DNA from: Terriglobia bacterium
GTDB lineage: Bacteria > Acidobacteriota > Terriglobia > 20CM-2-55-15
Reading direction: 5' to 3'
Length of the DNA stretch: 64,000 bases
Assembly: GCA_965198225.1 (NCBI GenBank)
Contig: CBDAOY010000008.1
Coordinates: 1,152,001-1,216,000 of the forward strand
Shown: positions 1-8,000 of the stretch, piece by piece
Numbering within the stretch: position 1 is the first letter of the stretch
Layout of the letters: the number at the start of each line of letters is the position of its first letter
Translations under genes and position numbers: made by a program
The notes under the pieces: generated by a model
Databases searched by the model: none
Told to the model about the DNA's origin: nothing
Seen by the model: the letters and a program-made list of their open reading frames with translations, nothing else

Positions 1-2
1 CT

Positions 3-218
3 GCGCTGGACCTCAACATGACCGATGGTTCACTCGAAGCCGAGATTTGCGATGACGGCCGTGGTTTCGTCACGTCCGAAAAGGACTCCACGTGGAGGCG
101 AAGTGGGAGCGGGTTGATAAACATGCAGCGGCGGGCGATAGAGCTCGGCGGTGAGTTGAAGATCGATTCGTCTCCCGGAAGGGGCACCCGGATAACGATG
201 AGCGTGCCGCTCCGCTGA
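3..218 (+). CDS. Sensor histidine kinase, C-terminal HATPase_c (NarX/HisKA_3-type), partial at window edge
   Basis: EICDDGRGF...GSGLINMQRRAIELGGELKIDSSPGRGTRITMSVP: G1/G2 boxes and GLxNMxxRA typical of HisKA_3 kinases; frame open to window start. Confidence 0.9.
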   Translation, partial: ALDLNMTDGSLEAEICDDGRGFVTSEKDSTWRRSGSGLINMQRRAIELGGELKIDSSPGRGTRITMSVPLR

Positions 219-223
219 ACCTG

Positions 224-241
224 ATCGCATGCCCATGCGAT
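224..241. promoter_or_regulatory. 7-4-7 inverted-repeat operator, copy 1 (perfect)
   Basis: ATCGCAT-GCCC-ATGCGAT, 5 bp after the kinase stop; matches copies at 441, 1411, 2003. Confidence 0.7.
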
Positions 242-440
242 TTGGTTCGCAGGGTCAGAGGTACCCCAACTTCACTCAAGATCCGAGGCCATCAGTAAGG
301 CGATCCCCGCGTATGACCCCCTTTGGCCCTCGATCGGGCCGCATTCCTCACCACAGCAATCCTTAGCCAAAGGAGGTGCGGGCCCGCACCGGCCGCGGCA
401 CGATGCTTTGCATCCGTCTCCATCCTGCCGAGAACGAAAA

Positions 441-487
441 ACTACATGTTCATGCGATTACGCCAACAATGACCCTCCTTCAAAAAT
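441..487 (+). promoter_or_regulatory. Operator copy 2 plus promoter module upstream of NHLP precursors 1-2
   Basis: ACTACAT-GTTC-ATGCGAT (441-458), GACC at 471, CAAAAAT at 481. Confidence 0.75.
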
Positions 488-578
488 GGAACTGACGCAA
501 CAGTGACAGGAGTTGCACCAAGGAGAACAACGAGGATCTCGGCAAAGCAGATCTTCTCTAACAATCAAAGGAGACACG

Positions 579-950
579 ATGATGCAGAACGATGACAATT
601 CCGCGAACGACCCACAGATGCGAGTGATCGCAAAGGCCTGGAAAGACGACGGTTTTCACCAGGAGCTGCTCAACGATCCGAAAGCCACGATCGAAAAGGA
701 ACTGAGTGTCAAGCTGCCGGAGGGCTTGAGCGTCCAGGTTCACGAACAGTCCGAGAGAGTGCTTCATCTGCTGTTGCCGCCCAGACCTGAAGAAAGCGAG
801 CTCTCCGACGCCCAGTTGGAAGCGGTCGCGGGCGGCGGTTTCAATTCCCAAGTGGGATTCAACCCGCAACCGGAACCGCCGGGCATGGAGGCGGTGTCGA
901 ACCAATTCAGCAGGTGGGGAGGCGGCGGGTTCAACTGGTTCCTTCATTAG
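579..950 (+). CDS. NHLP-leader RiPP precursor 1
   Basis: VIAKAWKDDGFHQELLNDPKATIE...LHLLLPPRP..ELSDAQLEAVAGG leader; AAGGAG RBS at 568-573; 37-aa core. Confidence 0.92.
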   Translation: MMQNDDNSANDPQMRVIAKAWKDDGFHQELLNDPKATIEKELSVKLPEGLSVQVHEQSERVLHLLLPPRPEESELSDAQLEAVAGGGFNSQVGFNPQPEPPGMEAVSNQFSRWGGGGFNWFLH

Positions 951-998
951 GCGGGTCGCAATCCGGCGAATCGCCACAAACGAATCAAGAGGTAAGAG

Positions 999-1325
999 AT
1001 GCAGAAGAACGAAGATGAAATCAGAGAACTGTGGGCGAACCTCGTGACCCGATCCTGGGACGATCCGTATCTGAGGCGGCGGTTGCTCGAAGAGCCGGCC
1101 TCGGTGCTCGACGAGAACGGTGTCGAAGTTCCCGGTGAGGCGACGATCAAGACCTTCGAAGACGACGGCGACACCATAGTTCTGCCGATCGCGCGGAAAC
1201 CCGCGGACACCGAGCTGGCCGAAGAGCAACTGGAGGCGGTGGCGGGAGGAGGCATCGTAATAGATTACAAGTCACCCGCTCGATCTATCCGGAGCTTCGG
1301 CAGCCTTCAGATGTTCGGTCGATAG
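999..1325 (+). CDS. NHLP-leader RiPP precursor 2
   Basis: LVTRSWDDPYLRRRLLEEPASVL...ELAEEQLEAVAGG; GAGG RBS; 24-aa core. Confidence 0.9.
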   Translation: MQKNEDEIRELWANLVTRSWDDPYLRRRLLEEPASVLDENGVEVPGEATIKTFEDDGDTIVLPIARKPADTELAEEQLEAVAGGGIVIDYKSPARSIRSFGSLQMFGR

Positions 1326-1410
1326 GCATCGGTCAGTGTGAGGGAGGTCGTCCAAGAGCTCGAGATTCATCTCTTGAGCGGCCAATCCTCACTCTACAGA
1401 CGAAGCGACA

Positions 1411-1457
1411 ATCACATATTCATGCGATTTCCAACCCATTGACCGTGCCGTACAAAT
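1411..1457 (+). promoter_or_regulatory. Operator copy 3 plus promoter module upstream of NHLP precursor 3
   Basis: ATCACAT-ATTC-ATGCGAT (1411-1428), GACC at 1441, TACAAAT at 1451. Confidence 0.75.
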
Positions 1458-1511
1458 TTGAATAACGCGGCAGTCCACTCGAGTCGCGACAAAAATCAGG
1501 AGGCAAGAAAA

Positions 1512-1841
1512 ATGTCAGGAAACGAAAACGAAATCGAAGAACTGTGGGCCACGCTCGTGACCCGATCCTGGGAGGATCCGCACTTGAGGCGGCGGCTACT
1601 CGAAGAGCCCGCCGCGGTTCTCCATGAAAGCGGTGTGGCGGTTCCCGAAGGGGCCACGATCAAGACTTTCGAGGACGACGGCAACACCATAGTTATGCCG
1701 GTCGCACAGGAACCCGAAGACACCGAGCTGGCCGAGGAGCAACTCGCGTCCGTAGCGGGGGGCATCATCGTTATCGAGGGCGGCAGGTCGGCTCTGCCCT
1801 CGATCCGGAGCTTCGGCAGCCTTCAAATGTTCGGTCGGTAG
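1512..1841 (+). CDS. NHLP-leader RiPP precursor 3 (paralog of precursor 2)
   Basis: LVTRSWEDPHLRRRLLEEPAAVL...ELAEEQLASVAGG; AGGAGG RBS at 1498-1503; 25-aa core. Confidence 0.9.
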   Translation: MSGNENEIEELWATLVTRSWEDPHLRRRLLEEPAAVLHESGVAVPEGATIKTFEDDGNTIVMPVAQEPEDTELAEEQLASVAGGIIVIEGGRSALPSIRSFGSLQMFGR

Positions 1842-1855
1842 AGCCGTGCGACATA

Positions 1856-1878
1856 CGGGCGGTCTCCCCGGCCGCCCG
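1856..1878 (+). terminator. GC-rich hairpin after precursor 3 (possible terminator or stabiliser)
   Basis: CGGGCGG...CCGCCCG stem; no U-tract. Confidence 0.35.
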
Positions 1879-2002
1879 AGTCCATTCATCATAAACACGC
1901 CAGCTTGCTTTCCAGCTTCCAGTAGAACGCACCGCCACTCCGGCAGCAGCCTTCCGCACTGACTTTTCCCACGCGTTCTCAGCCTTCGGCTTAGACGAGA
2001 AA

Positions 2003-2049
2003 ACCACATGTTCATGCGATTTCGCCAACGCCGACCCTCCCGTAGAAAT
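2003..2049 (+). promoter_or_regulatory. Operator copy 4 plus promoter module upstream of giant surface protein
   Basis: ACCACAT-GTTC-ATGCGAT (2003-2020), GACC at 2033, TAGAAAT at 2043. Confidence 0.75.
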
Positions 2050-2096
2050 GTAGTCAGCCTGGCGGTCGTACATCCGCCAGGCGCTGGAGGGATGAG

Positions 2097-5000
2097 ATGC
2101 GATCGGTATTGAGAGCCTTCTTGGTCTGCTTTTTGTTCGGAATCGTAGTTTCCCCGGGAGGGGCCAACAACCAGGGTAAAGGAAACGTCGACCAGAGCAT
2201 ACCGGCGACCTTCGTGCAATTGCCGATGGCTTTCGAGCCCAACCAGGGTCAGGCGGACGAAAAGGTCCGGTTCATCTCCCGTGGCAGGGGCTATACGCTC
2301 TTCTTGACTCCAGAAGAAGCGGTTCTTCTGCTCCGTGAGCGCGACGCCAGCAAGGCTCGGGCCGGTGCGGTGCGGATGCGGTTCGTCGGTGCCGACCCCG
2401 CAACGACGATCACGGGGCGTCAAGAACTCCGCGGCAGGAGCAACTACCTCATGGGTCGCGATCCCGCCAATTGGCGGACGAACATCCCGAACTTCGGCCG
2501 GGTCCATTACAGAGGACTCTATCCCGGCGTCGACGCCACCTTCTATGGCAACCAGGGACGGCTCGAATATGACTTCATCGTCGAGCCGGGCATACGGCCC
2601 GAAACGATCCGGCTCGGATTCGACGGGATCCAGGAAATTGCGGTAGGCACTGATGGCGACCTGCTGCTCGAGACCGCGGTCGGTGAAGTTCGGCTGAGCA
2701 AACCGATCCTCTACCAGGAAACAGCTGGTGGGAGAAACGAGATTGCCGGTCAGTACCTCTTGCTTGAAAACAACGAGGTCGGTTTCACCGTCGGAACATA
2801 TGACGCCGACAAACCGCTCGTGATCGACCCCCAGCTCCTGTATGCGACCTATCTCAGCGGCAGCACGACCGAGGACGGCTTTGCGGTCGCCGTCGACAGC
2901 GCCGGCGACGCGTATGTGACCGGCCAGACGTTTTCAGCCAACTTCCCGACTTCCTTCGGAGCCTTCCATACGCTCCCATTGGGCAGTGGCGAGGTTTTCG
3001 TCACGAAGTTGCGCCCGACAGCGGCCGACGGACAGGGTTCCGACCTGATCTATTCCACTTTGATCAGCGGTAGCGCGAACGACATCGCCCGAGACATTGC
3101 CGTACACAACGCGACTGGTAACGCCTGCGTCGTCGGCGATACCCTGTCGCGCCTGAGTTTCCCCATCACAGCGAACGCTTTCCAGAACGCAACCGTCGGC
3201 GCTGGGGACGTCTTCATGACTTGCCTGAACTCAACCGGCACCGCCCTCGTCTACTCCACGTTCCTTTCGGGCAACAACGGCTCCGTAGGTCGCGGTATCG
3301 CGGTCGACGACTCCAGCGGAGTGTACGTGACCGGTCGGGCAGACTCGGCGGATTTTCCGACGAAAAACGCGTTTCAGTCTGCACACGGTGGAAATACGGA
3401 CGTATTCGTCGCGAAGATCGATCCTACCCAAAGTGGCGCGGCATCCCTCATCTACTCGACACTCCTCGGCGGATCTTCCGACGAAAACGGCGAAGACGTC
3501 GCCGTGGACTCGTCTGGTGCCGCCTACGTCACCGGACAGACCCTGTCGACGAACACCACTGGTACGCTTTTCCCCATTCGTGGTGCCGCTCAATCCAGTC
3601 CCGGCGCCAATGGTTCCAGGGACGCATTCGTGGCAAAGATCGATCCGTCACTAGTCGGCGGCCCGTCCCTCATCTATTCAACCTTCCTCGGCGGCAGCGG
3701 CGTTGAGAACAGTACGGTCGAAGACGGAGGCATCGCTGTGGATTCTCTCGGGGCCGCCTACGTGACGGGGGCAACCGTTTCAGCCGATTTTCCGGTCACT
3801 GCAGGCGCGTACCAATCCGTCGCAGCCAGCCTCGGCGACGCCTTCCTGGTGAAGCTCAACCCCGCGGGCGACCTGTTCCTCTATTCGACATACCTCGGAG
3901 GAAGCGCTTCGGACAAAGGCACGGCCGTCGCCGTCGACTCGTCGGGGCGGGCCTACGTAACGGGTTATACCGGATCAGCGGACTTCCCGATCGCGGATGC
4001 TTTCCAGGTTCTGAACAACGGCGGCCAGGACGCCTTCGTGACCCAGATCGATCCGTCGCAGAGTGGAAACGCCTCTCTGGGTTACTCCACGTATCTTGGC
4101 GGCAACTCCGTCGACTGGGGCTATGGCATCGCAGTCGATAGCAGCGGTGCTGCACACGTCGCCGGAACGACTGCCGGCAATACCTTCCCGGCCACCGCCG
4201 GCGCATTCCAGACCCAAACCTCAGGCGGTCGGGATGCGTTTCTAGCGAAGATTGGGTCGAGCAACAGGGCGCCACGAGCCACCGACGACGACTACGAGGT
4301 GGATGAAGACAACGGGTTAACCATAGCTGCCCCCGGAGTATTAACCAACGATACGGACGACGATGGCGATCCGCTTACCGCCGATCTGATTGACGGCGCC
4401 ACAGACGGCACGCTAACTCTGAATTCGAACGGATCTTTTACATATGATCCCGACCCCGATTTCAACGGAGCGGACACCTTCACCTACGTTGCCAACGACG
4501 GAACGGAGGCCAGCAATGTCGCCACCGTGACGATTACCGTGCGGCCGGTCAACGATGCCCCGCTGGGGGTCGACGACGCCTACACGGTGAACGAGGATGC
4601 AACTCTCGACGTGGCGCCGCCCGGCGTCCTCACGAACGACACGGACGCCGATCTGGATGCGCTGACCGCAACCCTGGTGACCGATGTCAGCAACGGCACG
4701 CTGACGCTGATCGCGGATGGATCCTTTAGGTACACTCCGAATGCCGATTTCAACGGGGCCGACACCTTTACCTACAACGCCAACGATCCGTCTGGTGCCG
4801 CGGCCTCCGCCACCGTGACGATTACCGTGATCGCGGTCAACGATCCTCCGAACGCGCGAGATGACTCGGTCACCACGCCAGAGGATACTCCGATCACGAT
4901 CACGGTTCTCGCCAACGACGACGATCCCGACGCTGACCAACTCACCGTCACAGCTGTCTCCGATCCGTCCAACGGCACCGTGCGGATAGAGCCCGACGGC

Positions 5001-8000
5001 ACTTTGACGTTTATACCAGGCGTGGATGTCAACGGCGCTGACACCTTCACCTACGACGTCGATGACGGTCAGGGTGGACGCTCTACCGCCACAGTCGACA
5101 TCACGGTGACGCCCGTCAACGATGCCCCCATCGCTGCAGACGACGCCTATTCCGTTGACGAGGACGACGCTCTCGTCGTCCAGAACGTCCCGGGAGAAGA
5201 CATACTCGAAAACGATTCCGATGTGGACGGGGATGCTCTGACCGCCGTACTGATAACCGACGTCAGCAACGGAACCCTCGCTCTGGCCCCAAACGGGTCG
5301 TTTACCTACACACCGAACGCCGATTTCAACGGCACTGACAGCTTCACCTACGTCGCCAATGACGGGACCGAAGACAGCAACGTCGCCACCGTCAACATCA
5401 CCGTCGATCCCGTCAACGATCCTCCAGTCGGTGTCGATGACGCTTACGCCGTCGACGAAGATCAGGTGCTCACGATCGCGGCTCCGGGTCTGCTGGACAA
5501 CGATCTCGACGTCGACGGCGACGCTTTGGCGTCCGGTCTCGGTGCGAATCCCGGCAGCGGGACCCTCACGCTGAACGGAGATGGCTCGTTTACCTACACA
5601 CCGAATGCGGATTTCAACGGCACCGATACGTTCCAGTACCTCCCGAGAGACGGGACCGTAGACGGCAATCTCACTACGGTTACGATCACGGTGCGGCCGG
5701 TCAACGATGCCCCTGTCGCGGCCGGCGTCAGCTACTCGACCGATGAAGACACGGCCTTGACGATCGCTGTGCCTGGCGTGCTGGGGAATGATACGGACGT
5801 TGACGGAGATGCTTTGACGGCGGTTCTGTCTACCGACGTCAGCAACGGAACCCTCGCTCTGGCCCCCGACGGGTCGTTTACCTACACACCGAACGCCGAT
5901 TTCAACGGCGCTGACAGCTTCACCTACGTCGCTAATGACGGGACTGAAAACAGCAACGTCGCCACCGTCAACATCACCGTCAATCCGGTTAACGATCAGC
6001 CTGTTGCCACCGATGATGTCTACGCGGTGAACGAGGACACCCCGCTCGACATTCCAGCTCCCGGTGTCTTGACCAACGACTCCGACCCCGACGGCGACGC
6101 CCCGTCCGCGGCACTGGCCACGGATGTCAGTAACGGGACGTTGACCTTGAACCTCGACGGTTCCTTTGACTACAACCCGAACCCGAACTTCTCCGGCGTC
6201 GACTCCTTCACCTACGTCGCCGCTGACGGCTCGCTCAACAGCAACCCGGCCACCGTCACGATCACCGTCACTCCGGTCAACGATCCTCCGACGACTGTCG
6301 ATGACACGGCCGTCACCGGGGAAGACTCGCCCGTCAACATCAACGTTCTCGCCAACGACAGCGACCCCGAGGGGGATCCTTTAACGGTCACCGCCTCGGA
6401 TCCGCCCAACGGCACAACCCGGGTCAACCCTGACCTCACGGTGACCTACACGCCCGATCCCGACTTCAACGGTGCGGATTCCTTCACCTATGACGCCGAT
6501 GACGGAAACGGTGGACGCTCCACCGGCACGGTCACCATCACCGTCGATCCGGTTAACGATCAGCCTGTTGCCGCCGATGATGTCTACGCGGTGAACGAAG
6601 ACACCCTGCTGAACATTCCGTCTCCCGGCGTGCTGACGAACGATTCCGACCCCGACGGCGATGCCCTCTCCGCGGCTCTCGCCACCGATGTCAGCAACGG
6701 AACGTTGACCTTGAACCTCGACGGTTCCTTTGACTACAACCCGAACCCGAACTTCTCCGGCGTTGACTCCTTCACTTACGTCGCCGCAGACGGGTCGCTC
6801 AACAGCAACCCGGCCACCGTCACGATCACCGTCACTCCGGTCAACGATCCTCCGATCGCCAATCCCGATTCGGTGACAACCGAGGAGGATCGGCCGGTGA
6901 CTGTGGATATCCTCGCGAACGATTCCGATCCTGATGGGGACCCGCTGGGCGTAGATACATGCAGCGATCCAGTGTTTGGCCGGGTTGTTATCAACACGAC
7001 CAACAACGCCGTCACTTACACTCCGGACCCCGACTTCAACGGTGAGGACACCTGCAACTGTGTCGTCACCGACGGCCGGGGCGGTTCCGCCACAGCGCTC
7101 GTCACCTTCATCGTCACGCCCGTCAACGACGCTCCGTTCGCCGTCAGCGACGACTACACGGCGATCGAAGACACGACGCTCAACGTTCCGGCTTCCGGAG
7201 TCCTGACGAATGACACAGATGTGGACGGCGATGCGCTGACGGCGGTTCTCGCCACCAACGCTGCCAACGGGACTGTGGCTCTCGCCGTCGACGGGTCATT
7301 CACTTACAAACCCGATCCCAACTTCAACGGCTTCGACTCCTTCACCTATACCGCCAGCGATGGCACCGACAACAGTGGTCCGGTGAACGTCAATATCGAT
7401 GTCCTCGCGACAAACGATCCTCCGACCGCTAACCCCGACTCCGCCACGACCGAGGAGGATCGGCCGGTGACTCTGGACATCCTCGCGAACGATTCCGATC
7501 CTGATGGGGACCCGCTGGGTGTGGACACATGCAGCGATCCAGTGTTTGGCCGGGTCGTTATCAACACGACCAACAATGCCGTCACCTACACCCCCGACCC
7601 CGACTTCAACGGCGAGGACAACACCAACTGCATGATCAACGACGGCCAGGGCGGTTCGGCCACGGCGCTCGTCACCGTTATCGTGACGCCGGTCAACGAT
7701 GCTCCGTTCGCCGTCAGCGACGACTACACGGCGATCGAAGACACGACGCTCAACGTTCCGGCTTCCGGAGTCCTGACGAATGACACGGATGTGGACGGCG
7801 ACGCTTTGGCAGCGATACTGGTCACCGACGCTGCCAACGGCACGGTGGCTCTGGCTGCCGACGGCTCATTCACCTACATGCCCGATCCCAACTTCAACGG
7901 CTTCGACTCCTTCACCTACACCGCCAGCGATGGCACCGACAACAGTGGCCCGGTGAACGTCAATATCGAGATCCTCCCGACCAACGATCCTCCCATTCTC

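Noticed and set aside
396-412. Sigma54-like CGGCACGATGCTTTGCA upstream of precursor 1
   Set aside because: 11 nt between GG and GC; sigma54 requires 10
513-578. Longer N-termini from the ORF track (513, 1458, 11512, 12222, 20878, 60906, etc.)
   Set aside because: Downstream starts have RBSs or gene overlaps and match family boundaries
579-1841. Nitrile hydratase alpha subunit call for the small ORFs
   Set aside because: No CxxCSC metal site; double-Gly leader end present
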